Origin: Candidatus Latescibacterota bacterium
GTDB taxonomy: Bacteria > Latescibacterota > UBA2968 > UBA8231
Length of the DNA: 64,000 nucleotides
NCBI GenBank assembly: GCA_965203355.1
Contig: OZ241889.1
Span: 768,001 to 832,000, forward strand
Direction: 5' to 3'
Positions 17,735-27,186 of this stretch are shown here, piece after piece. A model generated the notes under the pieces. The model ran no database searches. It worked only from the letters and a program-made list of their open reading frames with translations, and had not been told where the DNA came from. Position numbers and translations under genes: made by a program. Numbering within the stretch: the first letter of the stretch is position 1; the number at the start of each line of letters is the position of its first letter.

Positions 17735-19621
17735 TTTTTCGGCCTTGGCCGGGCCAATGCCGTGCGCCAGCTTGAGTTCTTCGAGGTTGGCGGGCCGCAG
17801 CAGGACGATGTCGCGGAGGGTGCGGTCGCTGGCGATGACGTAGGGCGGAACGTTTTCGTCGCGGGCCAGCGTCATGCGGTGATGGCGCAGTGCATCAAAG
17901 AGGGCTTGGGCATTTTCGTCGAAATTCTCCCTAGAATCGGGAATGCGAGGACGGACGCGTACGGGGCGGGTTGCCGAAACTGATTTCGGCGGCAAGAGCA
18001 AGCGTGCGGGCCGCTCGGCGTGAATGACTTGGCGTCCCTCTTGGGTGAGGACGACGACCGGTCGCTCGCCGCCAAAGAAATCGACCCAACCGGCCGTGAC
18101 CAGCCGGCGCAAAAGCTGCAACAGCCACCGCTCAGAATGTTCCCTGAGGGTGCCAAAAGTCGGGGTGCGATCTAGGCCGTCGCGAACAAGGCGCGCATCT
18201 TTGGTGCCGCGCAGGAGCTTGGCTGCCATTAGAATGCCGTAGCGTCCGTGCAGGCGCGCGACCGCGCAAAGGGCTTTGCGCACGGTGGTGGCAACCTCGG
18301 TGGCGTCGCCCGCCTCGGCATGGGAGAGGCTGCGGCAGACATCGCAGCGGCCACAGCCGGCTAGCGTCTCTTCCTCGTCGCCGAAGTAGCGCAGAATCGC
18401 GTCGTGGCGACAGGACCCGCCTTCGCTCCAGCGCATCAGTTCCAAAAATAGATTCCACTTGTGCTGAACCACTGCTGGGTCGGGGGCGCGGCCGTTGGCG
18501 TCGCTTTCGATTAGGTGGCGTCGCAGCGCCATGTCGCCGGGGGCGATCAGCAGTAGGCAGTAGGCGTCTTGGCCATCGCGCCCGGCGCGTCCTACTTCTT
18601 GATAATACGCTTCAATTGAGTTGGGCGGGGCCAGATGGACAATAGCGCGCACATCGGCGCGGTCGATGCCCATGCCAAAGGCATTGGTAGCCACCACGAT
18701 TTGGATTTGGTCCCGCATAAAGGCGCACTGAACGGCGTCGCGGTCTGGTCCCGACATGCCCGCGTGATAGGCGGCTACCGGCCATCCGGCTTCTTGGAGG
18801 CGGCTCGCTTCTTCCTCGGTGCTTTTGCGAGTAGGGGCATAGACGATGGCGGTCCCTAGCCTTTGGTCGGGCGCACCAAGTGCTTCGGCCAGCAGCGCGT
18901 CCATCCGCTGACGCCGCTCGGCTGCGCTGTTGATTTCGGCGACTCGCAGCGAGAGGTTGGGCCGCGCAAAACCGCGCACGAGCTGGGGCGTGTCGCTCGG
19001 TAGCCCGAGGCGTTCTAGGATTTCGTCGCGCACCACCGGCGTGGCTGTGGCCGTGCAGGCGAGGACCCGACAATCGGGCAACTCGCGGACCAGCTCGCCA
19101 ATCTGCAAGTACTCGGGCCGAAAGTCGTGGCCCCACTCGCTGATGCAGTGGGCCTCATCCACGGCAATAAGCGGGCATTTGATCTGACTCAGGAGCGCGC
19201 GGAAGCCCGAGAAAGTCAGCCGCTCGGGGGCGGCGTAAACCAGCTTGTACTGGCCTCGGGCCACCCCGTACATGCGGCGGCGCAGCTCGTCGCTATCGAG
19301 GGTTGAGGATAGGTACGTGGCGGCGAGGCCGCGCCTTTTTAGTGCTTGGACTTGATCGTGCATCAGCGCGATGAGCGGCGAGACGACTAGCGCCGTGCCC
19401 GGCAGGAGGGCCGCGGGTAGTTGGTAGGTCAAGCTCTTGCCGCCGCCGGTGGGGGCGACCAAAAGCAGGCGACCGGTGGCGAGCAAGGTTTGGATGGCTT
19501 CGCGTTGGCCGGGCAGAAAACTCGCAAAGCCGAGCCGGCCCAACGCCGCGTCGAGAATGGCTGGCGGCGGCTTGAGGGAGTCGGCGTCGCTGAGCAAGAG
19601 GGCGTTTTTATGCTCGGTCAT
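17693..19621 (-). CDS. recQ: ATP-dependent DNA helicase RecQ
   Basis: PTGGGKS, DEAHCISEWGHDFRPEY, QEVGRAGRDG, Zn-binding cysteines, RQC and HRDC domains. Confidence 0.96.
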   Translation of the reverse strand: MTEHKNALLLSDADSLKPPPAILDAALGRLGFASFLPGQREAIQTLLATGRLLLVAPTGGGKSLTYQLPAALLPGTALVVSPLIALMHDQVQALKRRGLAATYLSSTLDSDELRRRMYGVARGQYKLVYAAPERLTFSGFRALLSQIKCPLIAVDEAHCISEWGHDFRPEYLQIGELVRELPDCRVLACTATATPVVRDEILERLGLPSDTPQLVRGFARPNLSLRVAEINSAAERRQRMDALLAEALGAPDQRLGTAIVYAPTRKSTEEEASRLQEAGWPVAAYHAGMSGPDRDAVQCAFMRDQIQIVVATNAFGMGIDRADVRAIVHLAPPNSIEAYYQEVGRAGRDGQDAYCLLLIAPGDMALRRHLIESDANGRAPDPAVVQHKWNLFLELMRWSEGGSCRHDAILRYFGDEEETLAGCGRCDVCRSLSHAEAGDATEVATTVRKALCAVARLHGRYGILMAAKLLRGTKDARLVRDGLDRTPTFGTLREHSERWLLQLLRRLVTAGWVDFFGGERPVVVLTQEGRQVIHAERPARLLLPPKSVSATRPVRVRPRIPDSRENFDENAQALFDALRHHRMTLARDENVPPYVIASDRTLRDIVLLRPANLEELKLAHGIGPAKAEKYGDGLLAIVQQAA

Positions 19622-19820
19622 TCGAGAAGATTGGATCGGCGTGATAGCATCTGACGGAGCAAAAAATATAAGTCAGGCTACAACGCTTGCAATTGGCGTA
19701 CCAGCCCAATCTTCAGAGAAGACCAGCGCGTACCGCAAAAAGTACTGTGTAGAATACTACACAACACTGTATCGCTTCATGGACTCAGCTAAAGCCCGAC
19801 ATCACTGGAGGATTTGAGGG

Positions 19821-21200
19821 CTAACCGTCGGATCGCCGCTGGTCCCAAGGGCCGTAGATCGCCAGCGTGGTGCCGGGATGCTGGATATTGACGAAGAGCA
19901 CTTGGCCATCGGGTGAGAAGGTCGCGCCGGCGAATTCGGATTTGTTCATGCGGTTGTGACCGAAGCGGTAGATCTGGCCGGTGGGCGTTATGCCGACTAG
20001 GTTGTTTCCCCCGCCTCCGTCTTCGCAGACGATCAAGTCGCCAAAAGGCGAGACCGTGAGGTTGTCGGCATTGTCGACTAGGTCTCCGTCGTTTGGCTCG
20101 ACGAAAAGTTCGAGCGTTCCCGGTGCGGTACCCTCATCAGCCGTGCCCTCGTGTGGGCTAGGCTGGTAGCGGTAGATCTGGCCTTTCTTTTTGCGTCCGC
20201 CACTGGTGCAAGCAAAGTAAATCGCCTCGCGGCCATACCACATGCCCTCGCTGCGGGCAAAGCGCGCGCAGCCCTTGCCGTCAAAGCCCTGAAAGCGCAA
20301 GTCGTCGTCCGGCGATTCGACGTTTTCTATATCGACCCAGCGCACGGCGAGCGGCTCGCCCGGGCGCACTAGTGCTTTTTCCCAGTTGCGGGTATCCAAG
20401 CTGGGATGGTCAATTGCGGCCAAGGCTTGCAGCCGCCCAGCTATTAGCTTCCTTGGTGCGTCGGGGATGTAGCGGTAGATCAAGCCGTCGTCTTTATCTT
20501 CGGTCTGATAGACGATGCCCGAGCGGGGATCGACGGCGATGGCTTCGTGCCTGAAGCGACCCATGGCTTTGAGCGGCACGGGTGCGGCGCGGCGAATGGC
20601 TGTGGTCGCGGGGACCTCAAAGTTGTAGCCATGGTCTTTTTCGATCGGCGCGTCAATCCGCTGGGTCGTCTCTTCGCAGCTAACCCAGCTATGCCACGGA
20701 GTCGGCCCTCCGGCGCAGTTGACCGCAGTACCGGCTAAGCTGAGAAACTCCCGCTCTACTGCGCCGGTTTGCGCGTTGTACACGAGGGTTGTGGTGCCGC
20801 CCAAGCCCGGCATCTTGCCGTGGCCCCAGTCGTACAAGTCCTCTTTGGGCAGTTTGCCTAGGTGCTCGTTGTCGTCGCCAAAGGCCCCGGCCTCCCGTGC
20901 GCCGCTGTTCAGTTCGTGGTTGCGGACCAAAACGACGCGGCCTTCTGGCCCGGGGAAAGCGGCCATCCCGTCGGCTGCGCCCGGCACCCGCAGGCCGTCG
21001 TCCATGGCTTCGCCGATGCGCGACAGAATTCGATAGCTAAACCCCTCGGGCAGATCGAGGATGTCTGCGGGGTCGGGGACGAGCGGCCCGAAGCGGTTTT
21101 CGAGCGCGGGAACGCCCCAAGCCAAGTGGCGATGGAGGCCAGCAAAGCCGATGGAAACGGCCGTTGCGCTTTTGAGAAACTGGCGTCTAGAAATAGGCAT
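19821..21200 (-). CDS. phoX: Tat-exported alkaline phosphatase PhoX (DUF839)
   Basis: SRRQFLK Tat motif; VRNHE, NCAGG, SCEE, RFRHEA, DNLT, FVNIQHPG. Confidence 0.92.
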   Translation of the reverse strand: MPISRRQFLKSATAVSIGFAGLHRHLAWGVPALENRFGPLVPDPADILDLPEGFSYRILSRIGEAMDDGLRVPGAADGMAAFPGPEGRVVLVRNHELNSGAREAGAFGDDNEHLGKLPKEDLYDWGHGKMPGLGGTTTLVYNAQTGAVEREFLSLAGTAVNCAGGPTPWHSWVSCEETTQRIDAPIEKDHGYNFEVPATTAIRRAAPVPLKAMGRFRHEAIAVDPRSGIVYQTEDKDDGLIYRYIPDAPRKLIAGRLQALAAIDHPSLDTRNWEKALVRPGEPLAVRWVDIENVESPDDDLRFQGFDGKGCARFARSEGMWYGREAIYFACTSGGRKKKGQIYRYQPSPHEGTADEGTAPGTLELFVEPNDGDLVDNADNLTVSPFGDLIVCEDGGGGNNLVGITPTGQIYRFGHNRMNKSEFAGATFSPDGQVLFVNIQHPGTTLAIYGPWDQRRSDG

Positions 21201-21336
21201 GTGAGAATCTCCGGTAGCTAAAAGACGTGAGAGCGGCTTGAAGTGGACTTGTACAAAAATACCAAGGCATATTTCACGGTCAAACGCGACCTTTCTCGGC
21301 GCATAGATATACATTTCTAATTTAGAACGTAAAACG

Positions 21337-22041
21337 ATGCTATTCCAAAAACCACAATGGCACGACGAACTGCCCTCGACCAATACGACCTTGGTCAAGT
21401 GGCTGCGCGAGGGCCGGGACCTGCCCGACGGCTTCGTGCTTGCCGCTCGTTCGCAAACCGCTGGCCGGGGCCGCCACGAGCGGCAATGGCTCGCTCGGCC
21501 CGGTCGCAATCTGACTTTTTCCGCGCTATTGCAGACCGCTGTGTCGCCGTTGCAATTCCTGTCGCTACCGCAGGCCGCAGCCTTGGGCGCGGTGGCCTAT
21601 TTGGAGGAAAGCGGCTTGGCGGCGCAGACCAAGTGGCCCAACGATGTGTTGGTGGGTGGTCGCAAGATATGCGGCATTTTGGCCGAGCGCGGCAATGGAG
21701 TCGTCCTGGGGATCGGCCTCAATGTCAACATGGATGCCGACGAGGCCGCTTCCATCGGCCAGCCCGCTACGTCGCTGCGGATTGAGACGGGCACCGAGCG
21801 CGATGTCGAGCGGGCATTGGACGAGTTGCTGGGGCATCTGCAGGTGTGGATCGGGCGTTGGGCAAAAGGCGGCTTTGCTGCGCTGAGGGCGGCGTGGGAG
21901 TCTCGCTGCGCCAACTTGGGCCAGTACGTCGCAGTCGGCGGGTACACGGGCGTGGTGTTGGGCTTTGGCTCAGCCGGACAACTGCTGTTGCGCGAGGACG
22001 ACGGGACGCGACGCGAAGTGTGGACCGGCGATGTGGCTTAG
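21337..22041 (+). CDS. birA: Biotin-[acetyl-CoA carboxylase] ligase (no HTH)
   Basis: STN, QTAGRGR, KWPND, KICGIL, GIGLNVN. Confidence 0.95.
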   Translation: MLFQKPQWHDELPSTNTTLVKWLREGRDLPDGFVLAARSQTAGRGRHERQWLARPGRNLTFSALLQTAVSPLQFLSLPQAAALGAVAYLEESGLAAQTKWPNDVLVGGRKICGILAERGNGVVLGIGLNVNMDADEAASIGQPATSLRIETGTERDVERALDELLGHLQVWIGRWAKGGFAALRAAWESRCANLGQYVAVGGYTGVVLGFGSAGQLLLREDDGTRREVWTGDVA

Positions 22042-23840
22042 CTAATGTGTGCCAGCGCCTGTCCGTCGGCCACCTGATCCCCGGCATGGACCAAAATATC
22101 GGCGACCACGCCTCCGACCGGAGCCGTTACTGGCATTTCCATTTTCATAGCTTCGAGCACGAGGATTCCCTCGCCTGCTTCTACGGGGTCGCCGACTTGG
22201 ACGAGGTGGCGGATTACTTTCCCGGGCATCTGGGCTTGCACTGGTGTGCCGCCGTCCGCTTTGGGTGCCGGCGCGGCGGGAGCGGCCCCATCGGTCAATC
22301 GATCCAAGCTGACTTGGAAGCGTCGGCCATCCACCGTGGCCGTGTCGCCGTCAATAGCTACGGCGTAACGTCGGCCATCGACCGAGATCGCATAGTGCGC
22401 TGGACCGTCAGCCGGGATCGCTTCTTTTGGCTCTTTTTCTACCTTGCGTACGCCGATCTCGCCTTCTCCCTTGAGGAAGGCCAGGCCCTTGTCTTGGCAG
22501 GTGGCGACGATGAAAATGTTTTCGTCCGTCTCTTCAAGGCCGGCTTCCCGCAGTTGTTTGCGGGCTGGTTCGACGCCCTTGTTCGGATCGGCGTCGTTGC
22601 GTTCGAGCGGCTTTTGGGTCGTTGGCTCTAGCCCGAGCTGTTGGGCGGCGATCGCGACGACCGAGGGGTCGGGTGCGACCGGCGTCTTGCCGAAGTAGCC
22701 CAAGACCATCTGGCCGTAAGGCGCGGCGATCCGCTCCCAAGGGCCGAACATGACGTTGTTGAACGCCTGCTGAAAGTAAAATTGCGAGACCGGCGTCACC
22801 GAAGTGCCGAATCCGCCCTTTTCGACGACCTCGCGCATGGCCTTGATCATATCTGGGTACTTGTCCATGATGCCGTTGTCGCGCAGCATCTGGGTGTTGG
22901 CCGTTAGTGCGCCGCCGGGCATGGGGCTCCACGGGATCATCGGCTCCACGGCCACGGCTTCGGGTGGCAGAAAGTAGGAGGCCATACACTCCTTGAAGAC
23001 TTCCTCGGCGTCGCGGATCTTGTCGATGTCAATGTCGAGATCGTAGTCGGAGCCGCGCAGCGCGTGCCACATGACGATGATGTCGGGCTGGCAGGTGCCG
23101 CCGGAACAGGGAGCCATAGACAGGTCGATCGCGTCGGCACCAGCGTCGAGGGCGGCTATGTTGGCACTGACGCCAATGCCGGCTGTTTCGTGGGTGTGGA
23201 AGTGGATGAAGGTGTCTTCGGGCAGCATGAGGCGTGCCTCGGAGATGGTCTCATAGACTTTGGCGGGCACGGCGGTGCCCGAGGCATCCTTGAAACAGAC
23301 CGCGTCGTAGGGAATGCCGGCGTCTAGTATCTGGCGCAAGGTCTTGGTGTAGAAGGCCGCGTCGTGGGCACCGGCGCAGCCCGGCGGCAGTTCCATCAGC
23401 GTGACACAGACTTGGTGCTTAAGCCCAGCATCCACAATGCACTGCCCCGAATAGATGAGGTTGTCGACATCGTTGAGCGCGTCAAAATTGCGGATGGTGG
23501 TGATGCCGTGCTTTTTGAAGAGTTCGGCGTGCAGCTTGATGATGTCGCTCGGCTGCGATTCGAGGCCAACCACGTTGACGCCTCGTGCCAAGGTCTGCAA
23601 GTCGGCGTCCGGGCCGACCGTGGTGCGAAAGGCATCCATCGCGGCAAAGGCGTCTTCGCCGCAGTAGAAGTAAAACGACTGGAAACAGGCCCCGCCGCCG
23701 GCTTCAAAATAGTCGATGCCAGCGTCCTTGGCCGCGGCGACAGCCGGCAGAAAATCGGACGTGAAAACGCGCGCACCATAGACCGACTGAAAGCCGTCGC
23801 GGAAGGCGGTACACATGAAGCGAACTTTCTTTTTGTTCAC
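22038..23840 (-). CDS. oadA: Oxaloacetate decarboxylase alpha / carboxyltransferase-biotin carrier subunit
   Basis: RDGFQS, KDASG, HTH, PGG, VTPVSQ; C-terminal EAMKM biotinylation site. Confidence 0.88.
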   Translation of the reverse strand: MNKKKVRFMCTAFRDGFQSVYGARVFTSDFLPAVAAAKDAGIDYFEAGGGACFQSFYFYCGEDAFAAMDAFRTTVGPDADLQTLARGVNVVGLESQPSDIIKLHAELFKKHGITTIRNFDALNDVDNLIYSGQCIVDAGLKHQVCVTLMELPPGCAGAHDAAFYTKTLRQILDAGIPYDAVCFKDASGTAVPAKVYETISEARLMLPEDTFIHFHTHETAGIGVSANIAALDAGADAIDLSMAPCSGGTCQPDIIVMWHALRGSDYDLDIDIDKIRDAEEVFKECMASYFLPPEAVAVEPMIPWSPMPGGALTANTQMLRDNGIMDKYPDMIKAMREVVEKGGFGTSVTPVSQFYFQQAFNNVMFGPWERIAAPYGQMVLGYFGKTPVAPDPSVVAIAAQQLGLEPTTQKPLERNDADPNKGVEPARKQLREAGLEETDENIFIVATCQDKGLAFLKGEGEIGVRKVEKEPKEAIPADGPAHYAISVDGRRYAVAIDGDTATVDGRRFQVSLDRLTDGAAPAAPAPKADGGTPVQAQMPGKVIRHLVQVGDPVEAGEGILVLEAMKMEMPVTAPVGGVVADILVHAGDQVADGQALAHIS

Positions 23841-23856
23841 GGTCGCATCCTCTTGT

Positions 23857-24984
23857 CTATCTCACCAACACGGACCACAAGACCCCGGCCCCTACCGCCG
23901 AGCCGATGACCCCGGCGACATTGGGGGCCATAGCGTGCATCAGCAAGTAGTTGTTGGGGTCTTCGCGCTGGCCCATCATCTGCACCACGCGGGCCGAGTC
24001 GGGCACGGCTGAGACCCCAGCCGCGCCGACGAGGGGGTTGATCTTGTCTTTGGTGAAGAGGTTCAAAAATTTGGCAAAGAGCACGCCGCTGGCCGTGGCG
24101 ATGGCAAAGGACAGGGCACCGAGGCTGAAGATTTGTACCGACTGCGGCGTGAGAAAGGTCTGGGCTTGGGTCGAGCAGCCGACTGAGAACCCGAGGAGGA
24201 TGGTGACGATATCGACCATCGCGGTGCGGGCGGTCTGGGCCAAGCGTTCGGTGACGCCGCTTTCCTTGAGCAGATTGCCGAAAAACAGCATACCGAGCAG
24301 TCCGATCGCACCTGGGGCGAGGAGGGCGCAGATGAGGAAGGCGACAATGGGAAAAATGATCTTTTCGCGCTGCGAGACCTCGCGCGGGGGCTTCATGCGA
24401 ATCAGTCGCTCCTTGCGCGTGGTCAAAAGTTTCATCACCGGCGGCTGAATAACCGGCACGAGGGCCATGTAGGAATACGCGGCAATGGCGATCGCTCCAA
24501 GCAGGTGCGGGGCGAGCTTGGCCGACAGGAAGATCGCCGTTGGCCCGTCGGCTCCGCCGATAATGCCGATGGCCCCGGATTCCGCCGGCGTGAAGCCTAG
24601 GTAAAGCGCACCGATCACGGTCAGGAAAATGCCCGTCTGCGCGGCCGCGCCCAACAGCACCAGCCGAGGGCTGGAGAGCATGGTCGAGAAATCGGTCATC
24701 GCGCCGATGCCGAGAAAAATCAGCGGCGGAAAAATTCCTTGGCTGACGCCAAAGTAGATGTAGTAGAGCACACTGCCTGGGTCGTACACGCCAATGGCCA
24801 TGCTGGCGATAGACGGGAGATTGCCCACGATGCAGCCGAAGCCAATCGGCAACAGCAGCAGCGGCTCGTAGTCTTTGCGGATGGCGAGAGAGATAAAGAC
24901 CGCGCCGATAACGAGCATCAGCAGATTGCCGCCCGACATGTTGGCCACGGCCGTGGTAGTGAGGAATTCGAGAAGAATCTCCAT
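23857..24984 (-). CDS. oadB: Na+-translocating decarboxylase beta subunit
   Basis: EPLLLLPIGFG, GIIGGADGPT, YSYMALVP, GVSAVP, PNVAGVIGS. Confidence 0.95.
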   Translation of the reverse strand: MEILLEFLTTTAVANMSGGNLLMLVIGAVFISLAIRKDYEPLLLLPIGFGCIVGNLPSIASMAIGVYDPGSVLYYIYFGVSQGIFPPLIFLGIGAMTDFSTMLSSPRLVLLGAAAQTGIFLTVIGALYLGFTPAESGAIGIIGGADGPTAIFLSAKLAPHLLGAIAIAAYSYMALVPVIQPPVMKLLTTRKERLIRMKPPREVSQREKIIFPIVAFLICALLAPGAIGLLGMLFFGNLLKESGVTERLAQTARTAMVDIVTILLGFSVGCSTQAQTFLTPQSVQIFSLGALSFAIATASGVLFAKFLNLFTKDKINPLVGAAGVSAVPDSARVVQMMGQREDPNNYLLMHAMAPNVAGVIGSAVGAGVLWSVLVR

Positions 24985-24990
24985 GGCCGA

Positions 24991-25242
24991 TTAGTCGTTT
25001 TGGCGGCGCGTGTGTAGGGCAAAGCCGATGGCCGCGGCGATGGCGGCTGCGTCGGATTCTTTGGTCTGACTCTGCGTGTGGAGTTGGGCCGGGGGAATAT
25101 AGGGGTGGACCGCGGCGAGAATGCGCGGCAACACGGCGATAAAAACGCTGACTAAGACCAAGGCCGTAAAGACGATGCTCATGCCGGCGAAAGCTAGGTC
25201 GAGCCCCTGTGCGAGTGGATTGTCGAGTGCAGGTTGATTCAT
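24991..25242 (-). CDS. oadG: Na+-translocating decarboxylase gamma subunit
   Basis: GMSIVF TM helix and AAIAAAI motif; position upstream of oadB. Confidence 0.88.
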   Translation of the reverse strand: MNQPALDNPLAQGLDLAFAGMSIVFTALVLVSVFIAVLPRILAAVHPYIPPAQLHTQSQTKESDAAAIAAAIGFALHTRRQND

Positions 25243-25352
25243 GTCTCAAGTGGCGGCGCGAAAAGTGAAAAACATTAAAGTATGGCGACGGGCCGATAAG
25301 TCAAAAGGCGCGTTGCTTCTTTGCACAGGACCGGGTGCGCGAAATTCGGCAC

Positions 25353-26294
25353 TTAAAGCGGCCCATAGGCGCTGATGGCCGAATCGTGGAAAAGTGCCCG
25401 ACGCTCGTCGTCTGAAAAGCCAGCACTCCACTCGAGGAACTTGGCGTAGAGATAGCCGATGCTCATACCCCGCAGTTTATCGACGGGATAGTTGCTGGCA
25501 AACATGCAGCGGCTACAGCCAAAGCGTTCGATTAGTTCTTGGACGACTGCGGCGATTTTGGCCTCTTTGGTCGCATCCTCGTGGAAGGCGTCTCGCGCAA
25601 ACCACGCCATGGACAACTTCATATAGACATTGGGCAATGCGGCCAGCGCAGCCATGCCGGTGCGCCAGAGGTCCTCGTGCGCTTGATCTTCGCCATCGTG
25701 GAGAAAGCCGAGATGATTGGCGACGACGCGGAGGTTGGGAAAGTCGCGGAAAACGGCAACCGCATCTTCTACTTGGTGGGGATTGCAGGAAAGATCGAAG
25801 GCGAGATTGTAGCGTTCTAAAAGCGCCAGGCCCTCGCGAAAGCGGCTGCTTTGCAACACGCCGTCTTGTACTTGCGGCCAAGTCAGGTCGGGATGGTCGG
25901 GATGGTGATTGAGGATCATGCGCACGCCGCGCAGATGGCCTTGGGCGGCCGCTAGGTGTTGTGCAATGGTGCGCTCGGCCGCGGCGATGTCGCGCTCCAG
26001 ATGCACGTACGCGACCATGCCAAAAGGCTGTTCGGTCGCGCTCGGTTCGAGTTGGTCGCGCACCCAGCGGGTCTCTTCTACCGTATTGACGGGAACGCCG
26101 TTGGGTACTTGACCGACGACGGTTTCGACGTGGACGCCGCTGACCCGCCGCAACTCAGGGGGCAGGCCGCCCATGTCTTGGAAGTAGTCGGCGGCCCGGT
26201 ACGCCGGCATGACATCGCCGAGATTGGGATTGGGTCGCTCGGCTAGGTCCCAGAGGTGGAAGTGAGGGTCGCACAGGGGAATGGGAGTCTGCAT
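25353..26294 (-). CDS. Amidohydrolase family 2 (lactonase-like)
   Basis: DPHFHLWD, NHLG, MKLS, MFASNYPVD. Confidence 0.88.
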   Translation of the reverse strand: MQTPIPLCDPHFHLWDLAERPNPNLGDVMPAYRAADYFQDMGGLPPELRRVSGVHVETVVGQVPNGVPVNTVEETRWVRDQLEPSATEQPFGMVAYVHLERDIAAAERTIAQHLAAAQGHLRGVRMILNHHPDHPDLTWPQVQDGVLQSSRFREGLALLERYNLAFDLSCNPHQVEDAVAVFRDFPNLRVVANHLGFLHDGEDQAHEDLWRTGMAALAALPNVYMKLSMAWFARDAFHEDATKEAKIAAVVQELIERFGCSRCMFASNYPVDKLRGMSIGYLYAKFLEWSAGFSDDERRALFHDSAISAYGPL

Positions 26295-26321
26295 GGAGAA
26301 AAGCCTTTCGCTGATAAATGG

Positions 26322-27179
26322 TTAGGCAAACGCCGCCTTCACGGATTCAGGCAGCGGAGAGTGGGCACCTTGGTGCTGCACCGCGCTAGCACCGGCGGCG
26401 CACGCTAAATATAGGGCCTGTTGCGGGTCCGTACCGAGCAGAGTGCTGGCGGCCAGAACTCCGCTAAAGGCGTCGCCAGCCCCGACCGCATCGACGACGG
26501 ACACGGGCGCGGGCCGGGCGGCGAACGAAGCCCCCGGAATGTGGAGCTGAGCGCCGTTCCTGCCCGAGGTAATCGCCAAGCGATCCAACTCGTAGCGGGC
26601 GAGTAAGTCGGCGGGTGAAGCGACCGCGGCGATGTCCCGCACGGCCTCCCATTCCTCGTCGTTGAGCTTGACAACGGTCGCCGCTTCGAGGCCAAAGAGC
26701 ACGGTCTGCGGCGTATAGCAGCCCCGGCGCAGGTTGACGTCGAAAAGCCGATGTCGGGGCTTGGTGGCCAGCAAATGGCTCAGTGCCGGACGATTGGCTG
26801 GGCTGCGCTGCGCGGCTGTGCCGTAGTAGATCAAGTCAGGGGGGCGGTCTAACGCCGGTTTAGTTTCGATATAGTCCCATGCTACGTCGGCGCGAATGGC
26901 GTAAGAGGGTTGCCCAGCGTCGAGCAATACATCAACCGTGCCCGTAGGCTCGGGCCGCTCGGCGACCCACTGCTGATCGATGTCGGCGCGCCGGAGAAAG
27001 CCCCGCGCCTGCTGCCCCAGTTCATCGCGCCCCACCGCGCTGACCATGGCCACGGGAAAGCCGAGTTGGCGTAGGTTCGAGGCGAAATTTAGCGGGGCAC
27101 CGCCCAAGTAGCTGCGGTCGGGGAAGCAGTCGTAGAGCATCTCGCCGAAAACGATGGAGGTGAGGTTTGCCTTGTCCAC
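26322..27179 (-). CDS. PfkB family carbohydrate kinase (fructokinase-like)
   Basis: FGEMLYD, GGAPLN, FDVNLR, KLNDEE, DAVGAGDAF; GTG start inferred. Confidence 0.9.
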   Translation of the reverse strand: MDKANLTSIVFGEMLYDCFPDRSYLGGAPLNFASNLRQLGFPVAMVSAVGRDELGQQARGFLRRADIDQQWVAERPEPTGTVDVLLDAGQPSYAIRADVAWDYIETKPALDRPPDLIYYGTAAQRSPANRPALSHLLATKPRHRLFDVNLRRGCYTPQTVLFGLEAATVVKLNDEEWEAVRDIAAVASPADLLARYELDRLAITSGRNGAQLHIPGASFAARPAPVSVVDAVGAGDAFSGVLAASTLLGTDPQQALYLACAAGASAVQHQGAHSPLPESVKAAFA

Positions 27180-27186
27180 AGTGTGG

